A DNA stretch of 64,000 nucleotides from Thermoproteota archaeon (GTDB lineage: Archaea; Thermoproteota; Thermoprotei; Thermofilales; B9-G17). The stretch spans positions 1 to 64,000 of the forward strand of contig JAPDJW010000001.1 of NCBI GenBank assembly GCA_029258885.1. The letters are read 5' to 3'. The notes under the pieces were generated by a model. The model made no database searches, was not told the DNA's origin, and saw only the letters and a list, made by a program, of their open reading frames with translations. Both the position numbers and the translations under genes were made by a program. Below, piece after piece: positions 40,123 through 48,937 of the stretch. The first letter of the stretch is position 1, and each line of letters begins with the position of its first letter.

Positions 40123-40971
40123 TTATCTAAAAGCCCTGAAGTCTATACAGATTTTATATACGCGAGGAGCATAGGGTAAAACCTTTCTTTTATTCAATAT
40201 TTCAATTTTATAATTATGTTTCCTGGCGTGCTCCTCTATTATTGTAATGGCTTCATCGTAGAGATTCTCTTCATGTGCCCAATGATAAAAGTGTATTATT
40301 CCGCCATCTTCTCTAAGACAATTAAATGCTTCGTCCAGGTAGTACTGAGCTCCTTTCGGTAAAGGCATTATAACTCTATCAGCCATGCCATACCACTTGG
40401 AGGTTTCAACCTTCACATCGCCTAGTACAGGCATTATCTTATCCTCTAATTTATTAAGTTTAATATTCTCCACCATATAGTTGTATGCTATAGGATTAAT
40501 CTCTATAGCAACTATTTTTTTAACCAAAGGCTGTACTTTAGCTATCACTATACCATATGGGCATACACCAGCAAACATTAAAACTACGAAGTCCCCAGGG
40601 GCAACCTGTCTCGCTATTCTAAGTCTTTCCGTGCTTTCCCGTGGCGAAAAATACACCTTAGTAGGATCTAACTTGAAATAGCAGCCGTGTTCCTTATGGA
40701 TAACTTCAGTATTAGGATCACCCGCTATGAGTTCGTAATTCCTAGTTCTGTATACTCCCACTCTTGGGGATCTTTTAGCTAAAACCGTTTTTACATTCTT
40801 ATGAATTTTCATAATAGCTTCAGCTATTAAAACGCGCCTATGATATATCTCTTCAGGAATCTCAACAATAGCAACGGCTTTCTCTCTCGATCCTATGATA
40901 TCAAAACTTCTAGGAATGAACCGTAACTCCTCTTCAGGAATTTTGCTCTTTAAATAGCTTCTCACATCCAT
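40123..40971 (-). CDS. Trm5/Met10+ family tRNA methyltransferase, short form (possibly aTrm5a/Taw21-22 type)
   Basis: FDIIG, HKEHG, VYFSPR..ERLRI, MFAGV; MPLPK in place of NLPK. Confidence 0.8.
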   Translation of the reverse strand: MDVRSYLKSKIPEEELRFIPRSFDIIGSREKAVAIVEIPEEIYHRRVLIAEAIMKIHKNVKTVLAKRSPRVGVYRTRNYELIAGDPNTEVIHKEHGCYFKLDPTKVYFSPRESTERLRIARQVAPGDFVVLMFAGVCPYGIVIAKVQPLVKKIVAIEINPIAYNYMVENIKLNKLEDKIMPVLGDVKVETSKWYGMADRVIMPLPKGAQYYLDEAFNCLREDGGIIHFYHWAHEENLYDEAITIIEEHARKHNYKIEILNKRKVLPYAPRVYKICIDFRAFR

Positions 40972-41250
40972 CTTTCTCCTCTCTTTATGTGTATTTCTAC
41001 GAAATTTGGATTTTCCTGTCGGCAGTCTTTGTATCCCTCTATCGTGGAGAGGAGCATATTACCCCTAGCCTCACAGCCTTATTCCTCCGAGTGAACAATT
41101 ACCTGGGGCATTATTCGTATTCTAAGTTAATGCGTATAATAATGTGAATATTTAAACCTTATTATCTCTGAAATTTCCGGTTTTCCTCATTAATATATAT
41201 TATAACTATTAATGCTACTTTGTTATTGATTAATTACATATATTTGTGCC

Positions 41251-41544
41251 TTAACCTCCTTCTATTGAAAAGTTCCGAGGACAGAGACGTCTCGCAAGCA
41301 GGCAGTATTTTTCAGCATTTTCAATATCGCCCTGTAACCTTAATATGGAACTTTTTTTACATAACTCTGCTTCCTGCCTGCAAACTGGATTAGCATTCTT
41401 TATACATAAGCTAGAAACGAAACCACATATTTTACCAGCTTCTTCGTGTCTCCCAGCCTTTGCCAAACTACGAGATACCTGACATAACTTAAGAGCATAC
41501 TGACAGTAGAAATTAACCACTTCCTCCTCAAGTTTTAAAGCCAT
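41251..41544 (-). CDS. Cys-rich helical hypothetical protein with duplicated Cx6Cx18Cx6C motif
   Basis: 97-aa ORF; 8 Cys in two identically spaced units. Confidence 0.75.
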   Translation of the reverse strand: MALKLEEEVVNFYCQYALKLCQVSRSLAKAGRHEEAGKICGFVSSLCIKNANPVCRQEAELCKKSSILRLQGDIENAEKYCLLARRLCPRNFSIEGG

Positions 41545-41657
41545 GGATACTTATTCTCTCCCTTACAGTTTTATACTTTACTATCGGTTATATATGAGAA
41601 TGCCGCGGTGAAAATAAATAGGAGAATCTTAAATAATAGGAGGCGGGGGTAAAGCGA

Positions 41658-42368
41658 ATGAGTATTCTCTTCTTTAAGAAGCTTGCTATAAGAATTAAGA
41701 GATTATGCATGAATCCAAGTGAGGCCTTTAAAAGCATAGAAAAAGACCCCGATTTTCTAGGCCCGTTCAGTATAATCTTGATTACCATAGCCTTTGCCAT
41801 TTTAAACCAATTTATTTTAGCCCAGAATATATTTTTCATGATTGAGGAGTTCAATATAAAGCAGGTGATGCACGGCTTTCTGCTTTCAAATATTCAATTA
41901 CTACTGGCAGTACAATTGATAATTGTAATACTAATGTGGCTAATAATATTCGCAATAAACTATTCTGTATCAAGGATGCTTGGCGGCGAGGCAGAGAGCT
42001 ATGCTCTTTTCTCGGCCTCAGGATACCTTTACATCACGCAGCTTTTACATTTTCTCTCAGATACGGTGGCACTATTGATAGCGATACGTAGTATGCCAGT
42101 ACTAGCTATATTCATGATAAATTCAAAAGTGGACGATATAGCTAAAAGCGTAGGCTTCGGCATATGGTTATCAAATTATGGAATGAATTTATCCTTTATA
42201 AGGGAATTTACGGGATGGCTATTCACGCTATGGGGCGGGCTTCTAAACGTCTATCTCATGAGAGAGGTATGTTACCTAGATTCTAAGAGAGCTATTGTAG
42301 GTGGAATAATAGCATATATTTTAATAACTATCGCAGCAATATTCGTAAATCAAATGTTCTACGGCTAG
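41658..42368 (+). CDS. Yip1-family membrane protein
   Basis: NPSEAFKSI N-terminal motif, ~5 TM. Confidence 0.75.
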   Translation: MSILFFKKLAIRIKRLCMNPSEAFKSIEKDPDFLGPFSIILITIAFAILNQFILAQNIFFMIEEFNIKQVMHGFLLSNIQLLLAVQLIIVILMWLIIFAINYSVSRMLGGEAESYALFSASGYLYITQLLHFLSDTVALLIAIRSMPVLAIFMINSKVDDIAKSVGFGIWLSNYGMNLSFIREFTGWLFTLWGGLLNVYLMREVCYLDSKRAIVGGIIAYILITIAAIFVNQMFYG

Positions 42369-42369
42369 A

Positions 42370-43623
42370 TTATTGGATAATTCCATATCCTATTAATCTC
42401 CATCTTCCGCTTATTCTCCTGCTTATTGCCACACGTGCGCCTTTCTCAGCGCAAACGGGAACCTTTAATTTCATGGTTACAATGTTGTCTCTCGAACCTT
42501 CGACAGTGCCTATAGTGGCTGCGGTACCAACGTTTAGAGCCAATACTTCTCTTTTCCTAATAGGTTCAACCTTGCGCATATCAGGTGTTCCAACGGCTCT
42601 TTCCATAAGAAATGTCTCCATTGTTAATTCCTCCCATATCGGAGGAAGGGTTCCAGGCTTTCCGACAACGTTCCCCATAAGACCATCAGATTTAGTTATG
42701 CTAGGATCCAGCAAGGTACCGACTCCTATAAGACCTCCTGGATAAGCCTCCTCCAGCTCAAATTCTCCAGATTTTAGGCTAGTTATCTCAGTATATAATG
42801 TTTTATACTTTATCTTTCCCGCTTCCATTATCCTAAGGCCAGGCCTAATTTCTATCTCATCGCCTACCCTAAATTTGCCCTGAACTATCGTACCACCTAT
42901 TACTCCTCCCTTCAAATCCTTGGGTCGTGTTCCAGGTTTATTAACGTCAAACGACCTTGCAACGTACATTCGCGGTGGTTTTGTAGGATCTCTCTGAGGT
43001 GTTGGCAGGAATTTTTCCATTGCCTCAATTAAGACGTCAATGTTAGTTTTATGTAATGCAGACACAGGTATTATTGGAGCATCTTCAGCCCATGTACCTT
43101 CAATAAACTTCTTAATTTCCCGATAGTTCCTAAGCACTTGCTCTTTTGATGCAACATCAATCTTATTCTGAACAATGACCATGTTCTTTACCCCTATAAT
43201 TGATAGAGCCATGAAATGTTCTCTTGTTTGAGGCTGAGGACAGGGCTGAGTAGCATCTATAACCATTAAGACTCCATCCATTATCGTAGCGCCAGCCAAC
43301 ATGATTGCCATAAGCATTTCGTGACCGGGTACATCTACAAAGGAAACTCTTCTCGAAAGAATTAAGTCACTTCCGCAGTGCTTACATTTCCAATCCGGAG
43401 CTAGCGCTTCCGTATAATACTTTATAGGTGGGGGGCAGGATGGACATACGAGAATTGCTGTATCGGCATAACCTAGTTTAAGCGTGATACCTCTCTTAAG
43501 TTCTTCAGAATGTCTAGCTGCCCAGATCCCTGTTAGTGCCTCTACAAGTGTTGTTTTGCCGTGATCTACGTGGCCAGCTGTACCTATGTTTATTAACGGT
43601 TGTTTAGCAGTTTCAGTCGTCAA
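42370..43623 (-). CDS. eif2g: Translation initiation factor aIF2 gamma
   Basis: QPLINIG..GHVDHGKTT, RGITLKLGY, DVPGHE, WRLIGYG. Confidence 0.98.
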   Translation of the reverse strand: MTTETAKQPLINIGTAGHVDHGKTTLVEALTGIWAARHSEELKRGITLKLGYADTAILVCPSCPPPIKYYTEALAPDWKCKHCGSDLILSRRVSFVDVPGHEMLMAIMLAGATIMDGVLMVIDATQPCPQPQTREHFMALSIIGVKNMVIVQNKIDVASKEQVLRNYREIKKFIEGTWAEDAPIIPVSALHKTNIDVLIEAMEKFLPTPQRDPTKPPRMYVARSFDVNKPGTRPKDLKGGVIGGTIVQGKFRVGDEIEIRPGLRIMEAGKIKYKTLYTEITSLKSGEFELEEAYPGGLIGVGTLLDPSITKSDGLMGNVVGKPGTLPPIWEELTMETFLMERAVGTPDMRKVEPIRKREVLALNVGTAATIGTVEGSRDNIVTMKLKVPVCAEKGARVAISRRISGRWRLIGYGIIQ

Positions 43624-43631
43624 AAAATCAC

Positions 43632-43976
43632 CTAGTCTATAAGAACGGTATTTACCTGAACTATATCCTCAGTAATAATATTTCCTCTCACTAATTTCCT
43701 TTTCCTCATCCCCTTCTTAGGAGGATGATAGCCAGGAGGGCCGGAAAGAAGTATCCTTTTCTTACCGCTTATAGGTAGATCCGGCCTCATAGGTTCACCT
43801 GCTCTCCCTGAACCGCCTGTAATTTTAAGCTTCTTCCCCCTAAATCCTAGAATGCTTCCGTCAATAACATCTCCTATTCGTAGTCCTACGAAGACACGAG
43901 CTTTCTCTCCCTTTACCTCAATTTGCTGAGCCTTACCCGTCTTAGGATCAGATACAACAACCTTAAACTCAGGCAT
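43632..43976 (-). CDS. rps6e: 30S ribosomal protein S6e
   Basis: FKVVVSDPKTG, LKITGGS, VRGNII. Confidence 0.97.
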   Translation of the reverse strand: MPEFKVVVSDPKTGKAQQIEVKGEKARVFVGLRIGDVIDGSILGFRGKKLKITGGSGRAGEPMRPDLPISGKKRILLSGPPGYHPPKKGMRKRKLVRGNIITEDIVQVNTVLID

Positions 43977-44076
43977 AGAACCCCCATCACTTAGAACTTG
44001 CACACCTATATTTACTTTGCTATAAAGCTATAGTTATATAGGAGATTTAAGATAGCATAACTAGCAGGTGTTTAGC

Positions 44077-44682
44077 ATGAGCAGAGAGTTCATTACAGGA
44101 GCTACAACGGTTGGAATAGTTGTAAAGAACGGGGTAGTACTTGCTTCAGAGAAGAGAGTAACTTATGGCTATAGTTTAATGAGCAAGGCAGGGAAAAAGG
44201 TTTTTAAAATAACCGATAGACTAGGCTTAGCGTGTGCGGGGCTTATAGCTGACATGCAGACTATTTCAAGGATTTTAGCGGCAGAAGTCCGACTATACGA
44301 GATTGAAAACGCTAGGAGAATGAGCGTGAGGAGTGCCGCCAAGCTATTGTCAACAATACTCTTCAATAAAAGGCTTCTTCCATACTTTACTGAGACACTT
44401 ATAGGAGGAATTGATGATAGTGGGCCTCATTTATTCATCTTAGATCCAATAGGATCATTAATTGAGGATGATTATGCTGCATTAGGCACAGGAGCAAAGA
44501 TAGCCATTGGTATACTAGAGTCGGAATATGATAAGAATCATCCATTATCTAAAGCACGTGAAATAGCGATTAAATCCATTAAAACAGCCATAGGTAGAGA
44601 TGCCGTAAGCGGAGATGGAATAGACATATTAGTAATATCGCCAGAAGGGATGAAGGAGGAGTCAATTCTCATTAAAGGTTAA
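44077..44682 (+). CDS. psmB: Proteasome beta subunit, probably the non-catalytic paralogue
   Basis: TG-ATTVG instead of TG-TTTVG; ASEKR, RDAVSG. Confidence 0.92.
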   Translation: MSREFITGATTVGIVVKNGVVLASEKRVTYGYSLMSKAGKKVFKITDRLGLACAGLIADMQTISRILAAEVRLYEIENARRMSVRSAAKLLSTILFNKRLLPYFTETLIGGIDDSGPHLFILDPIGSLIEDDYAALGTGAKIAIGILESEYDKNHPLSKAREIAIKSIKTAIGRDAVSGDGIDILVISPEGMKEESILIKG

Positions 44683-44722
44683 GGCATAAAATATATATCT
44701 AATTTATCTATTTCTGCATTAG

Positions 44723-45127
44723 GTGATGTTCTTGGCTACTCGACCTGAGGAAGCTGGTAGCTTAAAGGTTGGATCTTTCATAGTTATTGATGGAGAGCCG
44801 TGTAAGATAGTTGAATTGGAAAAATCCAAAACCGGAAAACATGGTTCAGCAAAAGTAAGAATAGTAGCAATAGGTTTCTTCGATAATGTAAAGAGAAGCA
44901 TAGTAGCACCTTCGGGGGCTCGTGTTGAGGTTCCTATAATTAATAAGAAGACAGCCCAAGTAATTGCAGTAATGCCTAATGCTATACAGTTAATGGATCT
45001 AACCGATTATAGCACCTTTGAGGTCCTACCGCCTGAAGACGAATCTCTCAGGAGTAAGCTTGAGCCAGGCGTAGAAGTTGAAGTATGGGAGGTCATGGGA
45101 AGACATAAGATTATGAGAACCCGCTGA
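44723..45127 (+). CDS. eif5a: Translation factor aIF5A
   Basis: SKTGKHGSAK hypusine motif. Confidence 0.98.
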   Translation: MMFLATRPEEAGSLKVGSFIVIDGEPCKIVELEKSKTGKHGSAKVRIVAIGFFDNVKRSIVAPSGARVEVPIINKKTAQVIAVMPNAIQLMDLTDYSTFEVLPPEDESLRSKLEPGVEVEVWEVMGRHKIMRTR

Positions 45128-45129
45128 TT

Positions 45130-45708
45130 TTAAAATCTTTTTCTTACAGGTGGAGGTACTACAAAGAGATAATACTTTTGTCCGCCCTTTATTTCCTCAA
45201 GTATTCTTTCAACTATTAGCCTTTTTGGATCGCTTATTCTAGTCCTTTCTTGAATATCCTTAAATGATTCGAAGGGACGCTTCTTCCTTTCTTCTAGAAT
45301 TTTCCACAGAGTCTTTTTCCCTACACCTCTTAGCAATTCTAAGCTATGCATGCGTGTAGTTAGGGGGCTAGCCTTATTGAAGAATTCTACAAACTTCTCT
45401 GCTTTTCTCGTAACTATTTCTTCGATAACTTCAGGAAGCTCTCCCTTCGCTGTCTGTGTAAGCTCATCATACGTTAATCTTCTGGTAATTCGCCTAACTT
45501 TACTTATGTCATGTTTACCAACATATACTCTTTCTCGTATTGAAAGAGGAATACCTTCATACGGTTGAAGCTCCAGTAACATAAAGTAGTCTTCGCCTAC
45601 AGCTTGAGCCAAAGGTCCACGTATAAATCCCCGAGGAGTATAATACCCATATGGAAGGTAGTCAAGAACTATAACATATTCTTCGTACGCCTTAGGCTGC
45701 CTATACAT
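45130..45708 (-). CDS. DUF655 putative nucleic-acid-binding protein
   Basis: EEYVIVLDYLPYG, RMHSLELLRGVGKK HhH. Confidence 0.92.
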   Translation of the reverse strand: MYRQPKAYEEYVIVLDYLPYGYYTPRGFIRGPLAQAVGEDYFMLLELQPYEGIPLSIRERVYVGKHDISKVRRITRRLTYDELTQTAKGELPEVIEEIVTRKAEKFVEFFNKASPLTTRMHSLELLRGVGKKTLWKILEERKKRPFESFKDIQERTRISDPKRLIVERILEEIKGGQKYYLFVVPPPVRKRF

Positions 45709-45734
45709 GACTACCGCCCAAAATCATCAATACA

Positions 45735-46067
45735 TTAACTTCTAATATTATTAAGTAAATTTAGAATTTCCTCTAATTCCTCAGTCTTGAATATCTTTCT
45801 TTCTCTAACAAGAATAGTCCTAAGCTCTTCGATGGTTTCAGGAGCTATATTAAGGAGCTGAATTATTATTTCCTCGCTTAAACCAATATCCTTAAGTTTT
45901 TTAAAAATTTCATCCAAATTATCACACTTTATTTTAGTAAACTTCCTAGCATAATCAAGAGTAGCCTGCTGAATATAGCTCATCTCGTCCTTTTTATCTT
46001 CAAGTAGCTTCTTAACAACTATTAAAGGCACCATTTTTTCTTCAAGTACTTTAACCAAGCCTATCAT
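45735..46067 (-). CDS. rpo4: RNA polymerase subunit Rpo4 (F)
   Basis: SYIQQATLDYARKF, NIAPETIEELR; adjacent to DUF655. Confidence 0.9.
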   Translation of the reverse strand: MIGLVKVLEEKMVPLIVVKKLLEDKKDEMSYIQQATLDYARKFTKIKCDNLDEIFKKLKDIGLSEEIIIQLLNIAPETIEELRTILVRERKIFKTEELEEILNLLNNIRS

Positions 46068-46231
46068 CTCCTCTGCTTAAAGTCTCATATTAATAAATTT
46101 CTTATCGAAGCACTGCTATAAAAATATATTCAAATCATCAAAATCTCAGTCTTATACTAGGACTTAAAATTGTAACTGTAGACTAAGGGAGAGCGAAAGT
46201 TACATAAGGATAAGACGCACTATAAGTACTA

Positions 46232-46316
46232 GCGGGGGTGGCCGAGCAAGGTCAAAGGCGCCGGACTCAGGCTCCGGTGGCGTAGGCCTGCGTGGGTTCG
46301 AATCCCACCCCCCGCA
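46232..46316 (+). tRNA. tRNA-Leu(CAG), no intron
   Basis: GCGGGGG/CCCCCGC-A, CCGGA-CTCAGGC-TCCGG, variable arm. Confidence 0.96.
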
Positions 46317-46321
46317 TGTAG

Positions 46322-46380
46322 GGATGATCGATCAGAGTTAAGATGAACTCTTGTGATGATTAAAAGGCATTTGGGTGACC
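46322..46380 (+). ncRNA. Box C/D guide sRNA directly downstream of tRNA-Leu
   Basis: C=AUGAUCG (46324), D'=AUGA (46343), C'=GUGAUGA (46353), D=GUGA (46375), GG/CC terminal stem; guides complementary to conserved archaeal 23S segments (from memory). Confidence 0.8.
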
Positions 46381-46452
46381 AATTCTCCATCTAAGATAGG
46401 CTACTTTACTTGTGTAGCCAGAAACATATAGCTTTAACAATTAGGAACGGGG

Positions 46453-46758
46453 GTAAGCCGGCTATAGCCCGCTTTCTGTACTTGGGGGATTTATCTTGGA
46501 CCTCGGCCTCTACACGGGGATATCATCCGACCGAGGCCTGCTACAGGTTGGCCGTTTCACCCACTCCTTTAACATCGTCTGCGGGTTAGCTCGTCCCCCG
46601 TTACCGGAGAGACTTCGCCGCGGTCATTCTCATCTGTTAAAGGGGGTCTCGTTTCTGATCCAGAGCCAGGGCTCTCGCCCTACCGCCTTACGGCGGTTGT
46701 AGCCCCCGTGTAAGCGGAGCTTCCTCCGGGCGAACCCGGGCACCCCCAGCCGGCTTAC
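46453..46758 (-). ncRNA. rnpB: RNase P RNA (archaeal type A-like)
   Basis: 11-bp P1 GTAAGCCGGCT, GAGGAAGCTCCGC / ACAGAAAGCGGGCTA P4 strands, CAGAAAC and TGAAAC conserved regions. Confidence 0.95.
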
Positions 46759-46831
46759 ATTTAATTATAGATTATAGAAGTATTTTAGGCTGTCGCTTAT
46801 TCTTTTTATACACGATATTGATTTCTAATAT

Positions 46832-47341
46832 ATGCGAAGCAAGATCTATATAACAGTCATAGGCAGTAGTAAAGATATTTCTCCTAAGGTTTACGAACTG
46901 GCTGAGAAGGTTGGTTTTGAAATAGCGAAAAGAGGTGCAATTTTAGTTTGCGGCGGCAGAGGCGGAGTGATGGAGGCCGTAGCTAAGGGGGCAAGAATAG
47001 CTGGTGGCATAACTGTTGGTATATTACCAGGCGTAAGCAGAGGGGAAGCGAATCAATACATAGATATAGTAATACCTACTGGCATGGGACACGGGAGAAA
47101 TTTTCTGAATATAGTGGCTGGAGATGGCGTTATAGCTATATCTGGCGGTGCTGGCACGTTATCAGAAATTGGTCTGGCTATTGCCTATGGAAAGCCAGTT
47201 GTAGTCATCAAAGGGAGCGGAGGAGTAGCCGACCTATTGGCGGGAAAGAATATAGGTGGTACGTATATAGATTTTGCTCACACTCCTGAAGAGGCTGTGG
47301 AAAAGCTAATTAGCTTGATTAAACTCAACCAAAATAGATGA
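46832..47341 (+). CDS. LOG/SLOG family protein (TIGR00725-like)
   Basis: VCGGRGGVMEA, TGMGHGRN, GGAGTLSEI. Confidence 0.92.
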   Translation: MRSKIYITVIGSSKDISPKVYELAEKVGFEIAKRGAILVCGGRGGVMEAVAKGARIAGGITVGILPGVSRGEANQYIDIVIPTGMGHGRNFLNIVAGDGVIAISGGAGTLSEIGLAIAYGKPVVVIKGSGGVADLLAGKNIGGTYIDFAHTPEEAVEKLISLIKLNQNR

Positions 47342-47387
47342 TGAAAAGCGGGCTTAAATGATTAATGACTGAGCCTGCATCGGCTGA
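47337..47387 (+). ncRNA. Box C/D guide sRNA overlapping the LOG gene stop codon
   Basis: C=AUGAUGA 47338, D'=AUGA 47358, C'=AUGACUG 47365, D=CUGA 47384, ~12-nt guides. Confidence 0.7.
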
Positions 47388-47568
47388 TGACGCATAATGA
47401 ACTACCTTTTTTCTTCAATTTAATTTCAGCTTTCAATGGTTAGTATACAATTGTAAACAGATAGCCTTCTACCGAACGTTAATGATAATCGTCTTTATCG
47501 GCATGTTGGATCGAAAAAGTTTTTAGTTGCTTCTATGTGTAACATTTAAACCACTACGGTGATAATCC

Positions 47569-47856
47569 TTGCGTATGGGTGCTATTATAAGCATTGTAAT
47601 ACTGATACTAGTTACAGTAATTTTCTGGCTACCTGTGCCCATTGTCGTAGGAGACATACCGATTCTCGGTTATGTGGCTTTTTGTATAAGTAAAGGAGCG
47701 CCAGAAATGTTTAAGTTTATAATAGCACTAATAAATGCCGTTTTTGCAGTATTAGCTGTTCTTACATTGTATTTTTCACAAAAAATAAGTAGTTTCGAGG
47801 AACATGCAGAGTACGGTGAATACTATCCAAGATACTCACATACCTTCTATGAGTAG
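47569..47856 (+). CDS. Small membrane protein
   Basis: 95 aa, 2-3 hydrophobic segments. Confidence 0.6.
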   Translation: MRMGAIISIVILILVTVIFWLPVPIVVGDIPILGYVAFCISKGAPEMFKFIIALINAVFAVLAVLTLYFSQKISSFEEHAEYGEYYPRYSHTFYE

Positions 47857-47857
47857 G

Positions 47858-48877
47858 TCATATCTTAATAGGCAATTTATATATTCCTTTTTCTGTTATT
47901 AATCCAGTTACCAGGTCTGGGGGAGTTATGTCGAAGGCAAAGTATATACCGCCTACTCCTTCGGGCACTATTCTTTTACCAAATATGTATAACATTTCCT
48001 TGGGATCCCTTTCCTCTATTTTGACGTCATCTATCGTACTGTTGAAATCTATTGTACTGAAAGGTGCAGCTACATAGAAGGGTACTGAAAATTCCCTAGC
48101 GACAAGCGAAAGAGGAAACGTGCCGATCTTATTTATAACATATCCATCCTTAGTTACCCTGTCGGCACCAGTAACAACTAAGTCTATTTTAATTTTTCTC
48201 ATAACGATTCCAATCATATTATCGGTTATAACCTTCACAGGAATACCTGCTTGCTTCAACTCGAATGCCGTTAATCTTGCACCCTGAAGGTAGGGTCTTG
48301 TTTCCATGACTATAACCTCGAATCTCTTTCCTTTCTCCCAGGCACGATACATAGGTGCTGTAGCTGTCCCATAGTAGCTAGTAGCTAATGATCCTGCATT
48401 ACATATCGTTAGAACTCTACCACCATCTTTAATCAACTTCTCTCCATATTCACCTATTTTTCTGTTGCATTCTTCATCAAGTCTGGCTATTTCCAGAGCC
48501 TTTTTAACTACAATATCCTTTAGATCGTCGACATTCTTCGCTGTTTTTGCGGCATCTAAAATTTTGTTAACTGCCCAGAATAGGTTATAGGCGGTGGGTC
48601 TGCTCTCCATAAATTCCTTAGCTATAGAATTTAACTTCTTAAGCGCTTTCTCGAGATTCTTAATTCTAATCTTAGTAACGGCCAATGCGAGACCATAAGC
48701 AGTAGCTACACCTATCGCGGGAGCGCCTCTAATCTCCATTTTCTTAATAGCCCTTATAACGCGTTTATAGCTGCTAGTTTCTATATATTCAAGCTTATAG
48801 GGTAGCTTCAGCTGGTTGAGGATCCTAACTTTACCGTCAACCCACTCGATTGTCCTAGGGATTTTCAACGAGCTCAC
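47858..48877 (-). CDS. mtnA: Methylthioribose-1-phosphate isomerase
   Basis: LNQLKLP, IRGAPAIG, SRPTAYNL, TICNAGSLAT, ETRPYLQGARLT. Confidence 0.9.
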   Translation of the reverse strand: MSSLKIPRTIEWVDGKVRILNQLKLPYKLEYIETSSYKRVIRAIKKMEIRGAPAIGVATAYGLALAVTKIRIKNLEKALKKLNSIAKEFMESRPTAYNLFWAVNKILDAAKTAKNVDDLKDIVVKKALEIARLDEECNRKIGEYGEKLIKDGGRVLTICNAGSLATSYYGTATAPMYRAWEKGKRFEVIVMETRPYLQGARLTAFELKQAGIPVKVITDNMIGIVMRKIKIDLVVTGADRVTKDGYVINKIGTFPLSLVAREFSVPFYVAAPFSTIDFNSTIDDVKIEERDPKEMLYIFGKRIVPEGVGGIYFAFDITPPDLVTGLITEKGIYKLPIKI

Positions 48878-48937
48878 CGAAACTTATAATTCCTGATTTA
48901 TCTTAAAAGGATTCAGTCAGAGATTTGGGGAGAATAA

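Noticed and set aside
40962-41057. 31-aa uORF overlapping the Trm5-like start; possible H/ACA hairpin
   Set aside because: No similarity; hairpin lacks a clear pocket or K-turn; cannot be supported
46399-46419. GGCTAC..GTAGCC hairpin between sRNA and RNase P 3' ends
   Set aside because: Only 6 bp; may be a terminator but not distinguishable from chance
46496-46702. 68-aa plus-strand ORF
   Set aside because: Lies antisense within the RNase P RNA gene
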